Source of the DNA: Ranitomeya imitator
Lineage: Eukaryota
Direction of reading: 5' to 3'
Assembly: GCF_032444005.1 (NCBI RefSeq)
Contig: NC_091283.1
Span: forward strand, 743,690,001-743,754,000
Length of the DNA: 64,000 nucleotides
Part shown: one piece after another, positions 1 to 12,198 of the stretch
Layout: each line of letters starts with the position of its first letter
Numbering within the stretch: position 1 is the first letter of the stretch
Program-made: the position numbers and the translations under genes
Notes under the pieces: generated by a model
Database searches by the model: none
Told to the model about the DNA's origin: nothing
Seen by the model: the letters and a program-made list of their open reading frames with translations, nothing else

Positions 1-105
1 AGGAAATGGCAGCCATCTTTAGGGTCTCACTTTTGATCTGAGGAAGCTTGTAAGGTTAAACAATACATGTTATGGGTCGCTTCTCTGAATCTCTTACGTC
101 TTGAG

Positions 106-871
106 TAGTGTTGAGCATTCCGATACCGCAAGTATCGGGTATCGGCCGATACTTGCGGTATCGGAATTCCGATACCGAGTTCCGATACTTTTGTGGTATC
201 GGGAATCGGTATCGGATCCATAGTGATGTGTAAAATAAAGAATTAAAATAAAAAATATTGATATATTCACCTCTCCGGCGGCCCCTGGACATCATCGCTG
301 GTAACCGGCAGGCTTCTTTGTTTAAAATGAGCGCGTTTAGGACCTGAGAATGATGTCGCGGCTTCTGATTGGTCGCGTGCCGCTCATGTGACCGCCACGC
401 GACCAATCACAAGCCGCGACGTCATTCTCAGGCACTAAAATCCTCATTCTAGGAATTTAGGACCTGCAAATGACGTCGCGGCTTCTGATTGGTCGCGTGG
501 CGGTCACATGAGCGGCACGCGACCAATCAGAAGCCGCGACGTCATTCTCAGGTCCTAAACGCGCTCATTTTAAACAAAGAAGCCTGCCGGTTACCCGCGG
601 TGATGTCCAGGGGCCGCCGGAGAGGTGAATATATCAATATTTTTTATTTTAATTCTTTATTTTACACATTAATATGGATCCCAGGGCCTGAAGGAGAGTT
701 TCATCTCCTTCAGACCCTGGGAACCATCAGGATACCTTCCGATACTTGGTGTCCCATTGACTTGTATTGGTATCGGATATCGGTATCGCCGATATCCGAT
801 ACTTTTCGGGTATCGGCCGATACTATCCGATACCGATACTTTCAAGTATCGGACAGTATCGCTCAACACTA
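106..871. mobile_element. Non-autonomous hAT-type MITE with fold-back interior
   Basis: TIR TAGTGTTGAGC (106-116) / GCTCAACACTA (861-871); perfect 8-bp TSD GTCTTGAG (98-105, 872-879); interior 226-669 is a long near-perfect inverted repeat; subterminal GATACC/GGTATC motif arrays. Confidence 0.9.
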
Positions 872-1317
872 GTCTTGAGGTTAATTAAGTATTTGATCTT
901 ATGGCTCTCCTCAACAACAGTGCTGCGAAATATGTTGGAGTTATGTAAATAAAGATTATTATTATTAAAATGTTATTTTTTCCTTCCACATTGCTTTAGT
1001 TCTCTAGAAGCACCTGAAGGGTTTATAAACTTCTTGAATGTGGTTCTGCGCACCTTGAGAGGTGCAGTTTTTATGATGTTGTCACATTTGGGTATTTTCT
1101 GTTATATTGACCCCCCAAACTCATTTACGTGAGGCGGTCAATAAAAAAAGGTTTTTTTAAAAATTTTGTTGGAAAAATGAAAAATCACTGGTCAACTTTT
1201 AACCCTTATAACAGCCTAACAAAAAAAAATATGTTTCAAAAATTGTGCTAATGTAAAGTTGGCATGCGGGAAATCTTATTTATTAACTATTTTGTGTGAC
1301 ACCAATCTCTGATTTAA

Positions 1318-3595
1318 CCCCTTTCTGACATTAGACGTACTATCCCGTCAAGGTGGGGTGGGCCCGTATGACCACCGATGGGATAGTACGTCATATGTGA
1401 TTGGCCACGCTCACGGGGGGAGCGCGGCCGATCACGACCGGGTGTCAGCTGACTATCACAGCTGACATGCGGCACTATGTGCCAGGAGCCGTCACGGACC
1501 GCTCCTGGCACATTAACCCCTGGCACACTGCGATCAAAGATGATTGCAGCGTTTCGGTGGAATAGGGAAGCATTGCGCACGGAGGGGGCTCCCTGCGTGC
1601 TTCCCTGAGACCCTCGGAGCAACGCGATGTGATTGCGTTGCTCCGAGGGTCTCCTACCTCCTTCTCCCTGCAGGCCCTGGGTCCAAAATAGTCGCGGGGC
1701 TGCTTTCGGGTCTTGCAGGAAGGTGGCTTACTCAGGACACATTGGACAACAACTTTTGGGGTCCAATTTCTCCTGTTACCCTTGGGAAAATACAAAACTG
1801 GGGGCTAAAATATAATTTTTGTGAAGAAAAAAAGATTTTTTATTTTCACGTCTCTGCGTTATTAACTGTAGTGAAACATTTGGGGGTTCAAAGTTCTCAC
1901 AACACATCTAGATAAGTTCCTTGGGGGGTCTAGTTTCCAATATGGGGTCATATGGGGAGTTTCTACTGTTTAGGTACATCAGGGGCTCTGCAAATGCAAC
2001 GTGATGCCTGCAGACCAATCCATCTAAGTCTGCATTCCAAACGATGCTCCTTCCATTCCGAGCTCTGCCATGCGCCCAAACGGTGGTCCCCTCCACATAT
2101 GGGGTATCAGCGTACTCAGGACAAATAGGATAACAACTTTTGGGGTCCAATTTCTCCTTGTTAACCTTGGGAAAATACAAAACTGGGGGCTAAAAAATAA
2201 TTTTTGTGGAAAAAAAAGAATTTTTATTTTCACGGGTCTGCGTTATAAACTTCTGTGAAGCACTTGGTGGGTCAAAGTGCTTACCACACATCTAGATAAG
2301 TTCCTTAGGGGGTCTACTTTCCAAAATGGTGCCACATGTGGGGGGTTTTAATGTTTAGGCACATCAGGGGCTCTCCAAACATGACATCGTGTCCTATCTC
2401 AATTCCAGTCAATTTGGCATTGAAAAGTCAAATGGCGCTCCTTCCCTTCCGAGGTCTGCCGTGCACCCAAACAGTGGTTTATCCCCACATATAGAGTATC
2501 AGCGTACTCAGGACAAATTGCAAAACAACTTTTGGGGTCCAATTTCTTCTGTTACCCTTGGGAAAATAAAAAATTTGGGGCGAAAATATCATTTTTGTGA
2601 AATATGATTATTTATTTTTACGGCTCTGCATTATAAACTTCTGTGAAGCACTTGGTGGGTCAAAGTGCTCTTCACTCATCTAGATAAGTTCCTTAGGGGG
2701 TCTACTTTCCAAAATGGTGTCACTTGTGGGGGATTTCAATGTTTAGGCACATCAAAGGCTCTCCAAACGCGACATGGTGTCCTATCTCAATTCCAGTCAA
2801 TTTTGCATTGAAATGTCAAATGGCGCTCCTTCCCTTCCGAGCTCTGCTTTGCACCCATACAGTGATTTACCCCCACATATGGGGTATCAGCGTACTCAGG
2901 ACAAATTGCACAACAACTATTGTGGTCCAATTTCTCCTGTTACCCTTGGTAAAATAAAACAAATTGGAGCTGAAGTAAATTTTTTATGAAAAAAATTAAA
3001 TGTTCATTTTTTTTTAAAACATTCCAAAACTTCCTGTGAAACACCTGAAGGGTTAATAATCTTTAACGTGGTTTTGAGCACCTTGAGGGGTGCAGTTTTT
3101 AGAATGGTGTCACACTTGAGTATTTTCTATCATATAGACCCCTCAAAGTGACTTCAAATGTGATGTAGTCCCTAAAAATAATGGTGTTGTAAAAATGAGA
3201 AATTGCTGGTCAACTTTTAACCCTTATAACTCCCTAACTAAAAAAAATTTGGTTCCAAAATTGTGCTGATGTAAAGTAGACATGTGGGAAATGTTACTTA
3301 TTAAGTATTTTGTGTGACATATCTCTGTGATTTAAGGGCATAAAAAATCAAATTTTGAAAATTGCTAAATTTTCAAAATTTTTCCCAAATTTCCATTTTT
3401 TCACAAATAAACGCAGGTAGTATCAACATTGTTTTACTGTTATCATGAAGTACAATATGTCAAGAGAAAAGAAAGTCAGAATCATCAGGATCCGTTGAAG
3501 CGTTCCAGAGTTATAACCTCATAAAGGGACAGTAGTCCGAATTGTAAAAATTGGCCCGGTCATTAACGTGCAAACCACCCTTGGGGGTAAAGAGG
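1318..3595 (+). mobile_element. Non-autonomous piggyBac-like element (TTAA target) with internal ~387-bp tandem repeats
   Basis: TTAA at 1314-1317 and 3596-3599; ends CCCCTTTCTGACA ... GTAAAGAGG; no transposase ORF. Confidence 0.8.
1729..2960 (+). repeat. ~385-390-bp tandem repeat, about 3 units plus a partial
   Basis: Marker GTATCAGCGTACTCAGGACAAA...CAACTTTTGGGGTCCAATTTC recurs near 1730 (partial), 2105, 2495 and 2884. Confidence 0.85.
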
Positions 3596-5514
3596 TTAAG
3601 GGTACATAAATTAAAATTTGAACATTTTTTCATAAATAAACGCAAGTTATATCACAGAAATTTTACCTCTAACATGAAGTACAATATGTCATGAAAAAAC
3701 ATTCTCAGAATCAGTGGGATCCGTTGAAGTATTCCAGAGCTATAACCTCATAAATTGACAGTGGTCAGAATTGTAAAAATTGGCTTTGTCATTAAGTACC
3801 GAATTGGCTCTGTCACTAAGGGGTTAATACGAACTGTGTGTCCACTGAGTTATGTGCGGCAGCTCTGGAAGATGGAGGCCTGTGGCCTACACATGAGTTT
3901 GATGCAACCCAAACTGAGCAGCACATTGGGACTGGGACACTATTTTCCTTTAAAGTGGTTAGGCAATATGAAGCAGCATCTCAGTAATGCTACCGCTTGC
4001 GATCACTTTGTACACTCACATGTACTGAAGTAAATTTTGAAGGTTTAGCCTCCTTGGATCATCAAATAGAGCCAAAACGTGTCATTAATTATGTTTTATC
4101 TCAGCCTTTCTCAGGGTTTGACAAAGGCTCAGGTAGAGTCAAAACGCATCATTTATGATCTGAGGGAATAAACCTTCAAAAACTACTTCAATATATGTGA
4201 GTGCAGTATTCTATCATTTGTCAATAAGTGGGATGCCATACCTTGACGTGATCGCAGCAACTTTAAGAGTACTGACCGGATTTATTTAAGGAATCTAGCT
4301 CATGAGATGTGAAAGCTGTTCTAATTTTTCTGGAATTTTATGGAGTACCTGATTATATCCCTATGATTGACCTGTTCAACTCTCTGCACTCTTACACATT
4401 TGTGAGTGACTAAAACACTTATTATAATCTGAGATTCTGAAGATCCTGAGCCGCAATCTCACCTGTCTCCCACTGTTCCACATACACAGGATCGCATGGC
4501 TCGGCCACGCAGTCTTATGTTATCTATGAAGGAGCCACTACCAGAGTCCTCTCATGGCTTATCTACTCGACAAATTAAAGGATTAGTAGTTAAAATTCCA
4601 ACAGATGATTTCGAGGGAGATACGGGAGGTCAAAATACACATTAGATGGTTGGCTGATCCCACCTATAGCCTTGGATTTGCCAACTTTAATCTAGTATGT
4701 ATTGATCATATTACAGATGAATAAATCACATATTCTAGTATCTGACAGAACATATTACAGGTTACACTGTTCATATTACAGAGCCTAGCAAAATCTAAAT
4801 GAAATGAACAGATTTTCCAATGTATAAGTACTCAGGATTAAGGAGATGTTATAAGGGAATCTAAGTAGCCCCCAGGATGCTGCAGAGAGGTTAATTTACT
4901 GGAGGATTATGGAGACCTGCAATACAGGAGTCAAGCCAGATCAATGATAGACATGGAAGTACAAAGTAATTAGGCAGCGGTATGTCAATAATCATATCAA
5001 TGGTCAAAGCAGACCGCTGGTCTCAGTGATCTGGTCACGTAAATGTGATGGGCATTCAAAGAAAAACAAGACCTTATTACAAATGTATAATTAGGTATGT
5101 GGTGACAGGAGAACATTGGCAGAGCATACATCAGAAAAAAATCAGAAAAACATATTTCTATCTTTTTAGAGACTTTGAGTGTCTTAGAAGCAAAATGGTA
5201 AAGTAGTAGGTCTTAGATTATCTTGCTTGAAACAGAGTATTTGTGGATTGCATCCCCAAACACATAATTCTCCAGGCACTAGTAACAGAAATGTCATCGC
5301 AGCAGCAGTCAGTTTGGTTATTACATTTCTATAGCTCTACTGAGATTTTCATTTTTGCACTTCTGTAAATTGACTTGTACTGCAAAACAGGGGTCAGAAA
5401 ACTGTGTTATCCTTATTGGGGGGATTCAGTGGTTGAGCTCCCAAACACAAGATATTTCATGGCTGTTTTATACAGTATATATTGTGTTGCATATAATCAC
5501 TATAACATCAATTC

Positions 5515-6560
5515 CAGGGCCGGATTTAAGAGGTGGGTGGCCCGGGGCCCATTTTGGAGGGAGGCCCATTTTTCAAGGTGATGCAATATGTAATGCAAAA
5601 ACACAAAATGAAACGAACCCAAGTTTATTTACAAAAATCATTTACACACACTAATTCAGGTAATATCATTTATTTTTTACAATCCAGGCACTTTCCTTGA
5701 TTTTCGTGCTGCAAAATCACTAATGATGTCACTAAAGTCCAATTCACGCAGTATATCTGACTCGATGCTCATGATAGCCAAATTTACAAGTCGTTCCTGC
5801 TTCATGGATGTCCTTAATCGGTTTTCAACTAATATGAGTTTTGAGAAGGAATGCTCATCACTGCAGTTTGTTACCATCAAAATTAGATATAGTATATCCT
5901 TAGAGCTCAGCTATCTCAATATTTGGGAAAGTGTCCTGCACACCTTTTTCTATGATAAGCTTGCACATGAAAAGTTCAGTGCTGATATCTTTTGGCTCCT
6001 CGTCTCTGAATAAATTGGCAAATAATACAAACTGACACAGTTCATCGATAAATGTAATGTCCAAGTTATCTGAATAAGACCTGATGAGTTGCTCTTCTGT
6101 GGCTTTAAGCTTGTCTGAAGACAGTTCTTTCAGATGGCTGAAAAAGCTAAATTTGCTTGATATATCTTTATATGTTTGAAGACGTTGGTCACGAGAAGCG
6201 ATAAACTGATCAATGAAGACGTTGGTCAAGAAAAGCGATAAACTGATCAATGATAGGCAAGAAAGTTTCTGTTCTGTATTTTTCAGAAGGGCTGAGTTGT
6301 ACTTCTTCCGTATGGCCATAATGCAATGGATTGAGACACGTTTCGGCGCATGTGCCGAGCTATTGTCTGAACATACTCAGATGAACCAGGCAGCTCTTCG
6401 CCTTGCTTCTTATACATTTTTAAGGAGTCACGCTTTAATGCAACATAGTTTTTTAAGCTGGTCAGTGACGCCACAGCAGTGTTTAGATCAGTTTTGCGTG
6501 TTGCTGAATAGGGAACGCCTAGAAGCTTCTGTTGGGATCGGTGAAGGCTGCCGCATGCCA
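5515..6560 (-). mobile_element. Remnant hAT transposon (ZMYM1-like transposase class), 3' end
   Basis: hAT-like terminus CAGGGCCGGATTTA at 5515; minus-strand transposase fragments; the other terminus was not found. Confidence 0.7.
5677..6319 (-). pseudogene. Frameshifted hAT transposase C-terminus (dimerisation domain)
   Basis: ORFs 5900-6319 and 5677-5880: ...DTFPNIEI... and KLILVENRLRTSMKQERLVNLAIMSIESDILRELDFSDIISDFAARKSRK, typical of the hAT C-terminal domain. Confidence 0.8.
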
Positions 6561-7944
6561 TTAGCTAAGCATTAGGTACAGGGAGAGTACTAAGGAAGTC
6601 TGGCTAGGCTAGCCAGGTCAGTGGACGCTGACGCAGGTCAGGTGCCATGACTCTGCCGCTCTGCACCAGCCACTGAGATGTAGGACCGTAGCCAGGTCCT
6701 TCCACTTTCAATAGTTTCTCTTTTGTTAAATGTTCCTTAACATTAGAAACGGTTCACAGCAAAGAGATGTGTATTTTACATGTTTTGAGATATTTATCCC
6801 TATATTGGTGGGAGGCCAGACCGCACACTGTATGCCTTCGGATGACTATCTAGTTTAATCTGGCACCAAAATCTCTGGGCTAAAAACCAGGCTTATAATA
6901 CCTTTATTATTGTGAACTAACAAATGACTTCGCAGCATATGATGCATATATATTGTATATGGGAAAGACACTGAGGGGGAAACCAAAGATATCAATAAGC
7001 CTTTAGAAAGAAAGCAACTTTGATGCGTTAATTTGAGGAGTGGTCTAACTTGACCCCACCAGCAAATTTATCAAAGAGTTTTATGTACCTTGAAGAGGAA
7101 CTTTCAGCATTTCCGATTAGTCGGTCTGCGGTCGGCGGTTTGGAGGCACTGTAATAAGGATGTACATGGCCGTTGGTGTATACGGGTTAATCGCCACTGC
7201 TTTACTGTTCCCTCTAAGTATGATGGTGATGATGTTCGCATTGATGTAGGTGCAGAGAGAGGACAGGAGATTCAGGGATGTCAGGAGTCAGGTTAACGGT
7301 AGAACAGGTTAACTTTACTTTGAACAAAGCCAGGAGGATGACAGCCATAGATTGTACATGGGAACATGTGCAGATTACAAAACAGTCCCAATTCACAGAC
7401 AGCGTATGGTAGTAGAGACAGAGAATCGGGTATGAAAGATCCTTGACAGCAAGTCCCTCCAGAGTCTAAATCTGGTGTCCACTACTGACACTATGGGATT
7501 ATCTTCCCCCCTTTCAGGGCTGCAATCCCTGGATGACCTCCATGTCCCAGCCTCACTAATCTTCATTATTATTACTATTTATATAGCACCATTGATTTCC
7601 ATGGTGCTGTACATGAGAAGCGGTTTCATACAAATTGCAGTAAACAGACTAACAATAACAGACTGATACAGAGGGGAGAGGACCCTGCCCTTGCGGGCTT
7701 AAATTCTACAGGATGGTGGGGAAGGAGAAAGTAGTTTAGGGGGTTGCGGCAGCTCCGGTGTTGGTGAGGCATTAGCTCGGATAGTGGTGAGGAGGCAGCG
7801 GGGTCATTGCAGGCTGTAGGCTTTCTTGCAGCGGTGGGTTTTCAGGTTCCATCTGAAGGATCCGAATGTGGTTGATAGTTAGGCATGTTGGGGCACAGAA
7901 TTCCAAAGGATGGGGATATTCAGGAGAAGTCTTGGAGGCTATTA

Positions 7945-8668
7945 AGGTACCTTCACACTAAACAACTTAACAACGATATCGCTAGCGATCCGTGACATTG
8001 CAGCGTCCTAGATAGCGATATCGTTGTGTTTGACACGCAGCAGCGATCTGGATCCTGCTGTGACATCGTTGGTCGGAGCAGAAAGGCCAGAACTTTATTT
8101 CGTCGCTGGATCTCCCGCAGACATCGCTGAATCGGCGTGTGTGACGCCGATTCAGCGATGTCTTCACTGGTAACCAGTGTAAACATCGGGTTACTAAGCG
8201 CAGGGGCACGCTTAGTAACCCGATGTTTACCCTGGTTACCATTGTAAATGTAAAAAAAAAAAACAGTACATACTTACATTCCGGCGTCTGTCCCCTCGCT
8301 GTCAGCTTCCCGCACTGACTGTGAGCGCCGGCCGGCCGTAAAGCACAGCGGTGACGTCACCGCTCTGCTTTACGGCCGGCCGGTGCCGAGACAATTCCGG
8401 GAAGCTGAGGCCGGGGGACAGACACCGGAATGTAAGTATGTACTTTTTTTTTTTTTTACATTTACAATGGTAACCAGGGTAAACATCGGGTTACTATCGC
8501 TTATCGGCCCTGCGCTTAGTAACCCGATGTTTACCCTGGTTACCAGGGGACTTCGACATCGTTGGTTGCTGGAGAGCTGTATGTGTGACAGCTCTCCAGC
8601 GACCACAAAGCGACGAAACAGCGACGCTGCAGCGATCGGCATCGTTGTCGCTTAATGTGACGGTACCT
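7945..8668. mobile_element. PIF/Harbinger-type palindromic MITE inserted in the L2
   Basis: TIR AGGTACCTTCACAC / GTGACGGTACCT; 3-bp TSD TTA (7942-7944, 8669-8671); L2 sequence rejoins across it; internal hairpins at ~8168-8240 and ~8465-8545. Confidence 0.85.
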
Positions 8669-8671
8669 TTA

Positions 8672-9887
8672 GGTGAGGAGCGAATAAGTGTGGAGGAGAG
8701 AAGGAGGTCTTGGGAGGACCAGAGATTATGTGAGGGAAGATTTTGGGAGATTAGTTCAGAGATATATGGAGGAGACTGGCTATGGATGGCCTTGTAGGTC
8801 AGTATTAGTAACTTGAACTGGATACGCTGAGGTAATGTGAGCCAATGAAGAGATTTGCAGAAGGGAGAAGTAGAGGAGTAGCGAGGGGAGAGATGAATTA
8901 CTCTGGAAGCAGAGTTAAGGATGGACTGGAGAGGTGCAAGAGTGTTAAGCAGGGTGGCCACAAAAAAGGATGTTGCAGTAGTTGAGGTGAGAGATGATGA
9001 GGGCATGCACAAGCATTTTAGCAGATTTAGGGTTGAGGAAAGAACAGATTCTGGAAATATTTTTGAGCTGGAGGCGACAGGAGGTGGAAAGAGCTTGGAT
9101 GTGTGGTTTGAAAGACAGGGCAGAGTCAAGGGTTACTCCGAGGCAGCAGACTTCCTGTACGGAGGAAAGCGTGATGTCACTAATTGTGATAGATAGATCA
9201 GGTAAGGAAGATCTGTGAGATGGAGGAAAGATGATAAGTTCAGATTTGTCCACGTTGAGTTTGAAGAAGCGAGAGGAGAAAAAAGAGGATATGGCTGATA
9301 GACACTCCAGGATTCTGGACAGCAGAGAGGTGACGCCTGGGCCAGATCTGGTAGATCTGAGTGTCATCAGCATATAGGTGGTACTGGAATCCATGGGACT
9401 TTATGAGTTGTCCCATGCCAAGTGTATAGATTGAGAAGAGTAAGGGTCTTAGAACAAAGCCTTGGGGGACACCAACAGAGAGCGGGTGGGGTGAGGAGGT
9501 AGTGTAGGAGTGGGAGGTGCTGAATGTGCAGTTGGAAAGGTATGAGGAGATCCAGGATAGGGCGAGGTCTTTGATACCAAAGGAGGAGAGGATCTGTAGT
9601 AGGAGACAATGGTCAACTGTGTTAAATGCAGAGGACATATCTAGAAGGAGGAGTATAGAGTATTGTCCGCCAGCTTTGGCTGTAAGTAGGCCATTAGTAA
9701 TTTTGGTCAGGGCAGTCTCAGTGGAATGATGGGGATGGAATCCAGATTGTAGATTGTCAAAGAGCAAGTTAGATGAGAGGTGGTAGGAAAATTCAGCGTG
9801 GACATGCTGCTCCAAGAGTTTGGAAGTGAATGGGAGCAGCGATATTGGGTGATAGCTGGACATAGTGGTTGGGTCAAAGGTTGGCAT
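8672..9887 (-). pseudogene. L2 ORF2 reverse transcriptase, frameshifted
   Basis: Motifs [33 protein letters not shown] (9240-9887); [14 protein letters not shown] (8945-9394); SLHWL...IQFK (8494-9129). Confidence 0.9.
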
Positions 9888-10748
9888 TTTAAGGATAGGT
9901 TTGATTGTGGCATGTTTGAAAGCAGAAGATAAGGTACCAGAAGTTAGTGATAGGTTGAAGAGATGGGTTAGGAATGGGGTAAGTGGGGTGGTGAGGTTGG
10001 GGAGGAGATGGATAGGGTCTAGTGCACAAGTGGTGAGATATGATTTGAAGAGGAGACAATTTAGCTCCCCTTCAGTGATGTTGAGGAGGGAGGTTATGTG
10101 GTTTGGATATTGGTCTGGTATACAAAGGGGTTGTGGTGATTGAACAATAAAGACTTGCCTTGTTTGGTCGATCTTATTTTTGAAGTGTGTGGCAAAGTCC
10201 TCAGCAGAGATGTGAGAGGTTAGAAGGGGCAGTGGTGGGTGGAGGAGGGAGTTTTGAATAACTTCATTATGTGTGAGTGATGTTAGCAGACATTTTCCCC
10301 ATAGTTGCTATGAGTAACTTATTTCCTGCTGAGTGTCCTTCCTGCAGTCTAGGCACTCGTGCAAAGGCAGTAGACCTGTGTGCACGAGAGAATCAGGACA
10401 TCACTCCAACCAATGTAGTAGACGTTCCAAAGGTTGACTCACACCAAATCGCTCTCTTAATAACCTGCCCTGATGAGGAGACTCAACTGCTTCCTTTCCA
10501 AACAGTGTAACAATTTACAATATAACCCCTGATATATAGATAATTTACACAGTTTCAGTAATACATACTCTGGGACATTACAATTGTGCTGTTCCTCCGT
10601 TGTTATTCCTCCTGTACATTATGAATAAATTGACAACCAGGTGTTAACTTACCACTCCTCGTGTCAGTAATGTATAGCTAGACACTCCTACACTGTCAGT
10701 GCTTACAATGTCAGATTGTGTAGGGACACAACCTATTGACAAGGGTAA

Positions 10749-11227
10749 GGCTACGTTCCCATGATGAGCTTTTGGTGCGTTTTTGACGCTGCAGCTCTTA
10801 TAGAAATCTCCTGCCCAGTGTGCTTTTATTTTATTCAGTGTAAACTGTCCTGTGGTGCAAGTTTCAAATCTACAAGTCAATTTCTCTTGTGGGTTCGCTG
10901 AATTTTCTGTGTGGAATTTCCCCAAAGACTTGCATTAAATCCCTAGGTAAAGACGCACGTGTTTTAGTACATTTCTGTGGCAAAAACGCATGTAATCCGC
11001 TCCTATCAAGAAAGTTTTGTCAAAGTCAAATATACAACAGCTTTATTTAAAGTATGACACCAAAAGGCAGATAAAAAACAGTGGCATGAAAAATGCAATA
11101 AGAACTCATATAAAAAAAAAACGCTCCCAACAACACAATAAAAAAAAAGTAAGGAACTGAATTTAAATAGGTTCAGAAAATCTGCAAAGTAAAATACTCA
11201 CCAAAAACTCATCATGGGAACTTAGCC
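10749..11227. mobile_element. Harbinger-type MITE
   Basis: TIR GGCTACGTTCCCATGATGAG / CTCATCATGGGAACTTAGCC; TAA on both sides (10746-10748, 11228-11230). Confidence 0.85.
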
Positions 11228-11230
11228 TAA

Positions 11231-11644
11231 GGCCGGGGTCCTACTGGTCTATCACACCCGATGCGACAGCTAATGACCCACGGCTACTGCTCTGCTGCGA
11301 GGCTGAGCCGAGTGTCTGTGCTTTGATCCTCTCACATGACAGGGTCAGACCACAGCTGCAGAGGAGACAGAGAAGGTAGTATCTCTATCTCCTCTGCTCC
11401 CACATCTGAGGGAATCGCACTGGGTGATATCCGAGTGCAGTGCAATATTTCACTCGCACACATAGACTGAATTTGGCATGCAGTTGCATCATACTGCATT
11501 TTTTTTCTTGTCAGATTTACGATCTGGAGCAGGAAAGAAAAACACCACTCAGAACAGAAGCAGTGGATTGAATTGATGCGAATGCAATTCGATTTTCAAT
11601 CGGATTGCATTCATCCAATTTAATCGCAAGTGGGAGTGAGCCCC
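11231..11644. mobile_element. Harbinger-type MITE (same family as 36427-36882)
   Basis: Starts directly after TAA 11228-11230; degenerate TIRs; shares ATCCTCTCACATGA..G..TCAGACCACAG core with the 36.5-kb copy. Confidence 0.6.
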
Positions 11645-11713
11645 AATGGTCAATTTACTTTATATTTTCCAAGAGAGCTAATCAAGGAACAACACAATGC
11701 AAAATTCTAATAA

Positions 11714-12198
11714 GGTTACGTTCCAACAATGAGTTTTGGGTGATTTTTTTACTCTTTGTATTTTTGAAAAAATTACAAATAACCCATTTTACTTAATGGG
11801 TGCAGACATGGTGCAGAAATTGTGCAACATCAAAAACTCACCAAAAGTTCATCATGGGTATGTGTACACGTTGAATAACTGCAGCAAATTCTTCTGCATC
11901 AAAAACCAGAGTGTTGGCAGGAAAAATGCTCTGTGAAATATGTGCTTTTATGATGTATTTTTATGTTTATTTTTCCCAGTTCATTTGAATGAGTGAAAAA
12001 TGCTGCAAAATATGATGAAAGAATTGACCTGCTGCTGATTTTTTTAAAATTCTTTGATAGTTCAAATCCATAAAGAAAAAATAAGCAACATGTGCACGAG
12101 ATATCAGAAGATATCTTATTCTATTTGTTGGTATTGTAAGCTGCAGTGTTTTTACCCTTGAAAACTGTGTGGAAAAACCACGGCGTGCGAACAAACCC
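11714..12198. mobile_element. Harbinger-type MITE, possibly composite
   Basis: TAA at 11711-11713 and 12199-12201; degenerate TIRs related to the 10749 family. Confidence 0.5.

Larger units (their letters stand above)
955..3823 (+). mobile_element. Outer 5'-truncated copy of a non-autonomous TTAA (piggyBac-like) element, split by a nested copy of the same family
   Basis: 955-1313 and 3600-3823 are colinear with 3030-3595 of the inner copy; right end TGTCACTAAGGGG followed by TTAA (3824-3827); left boundary approximate. Confidence 0.75.
7565..10275 (-). mobile_element. 5'-truncated L2-clade LINE, interrupted by a MITE
   Basis: (AAT)n-type 3' tail at 7565; RT and C-terminal ORF2 fragments in three frames. 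Confidence 0.9.

Noticed and set aside
7090-7560. Possible LTR remnant
   Set aside because: Composition is suggestive, but there are no TG...CA ends, no TSD and no second copy
10470-10505. CTGATGA as a hammerhead core
   Set aside because: No properly placed stem II plus GAAA follows
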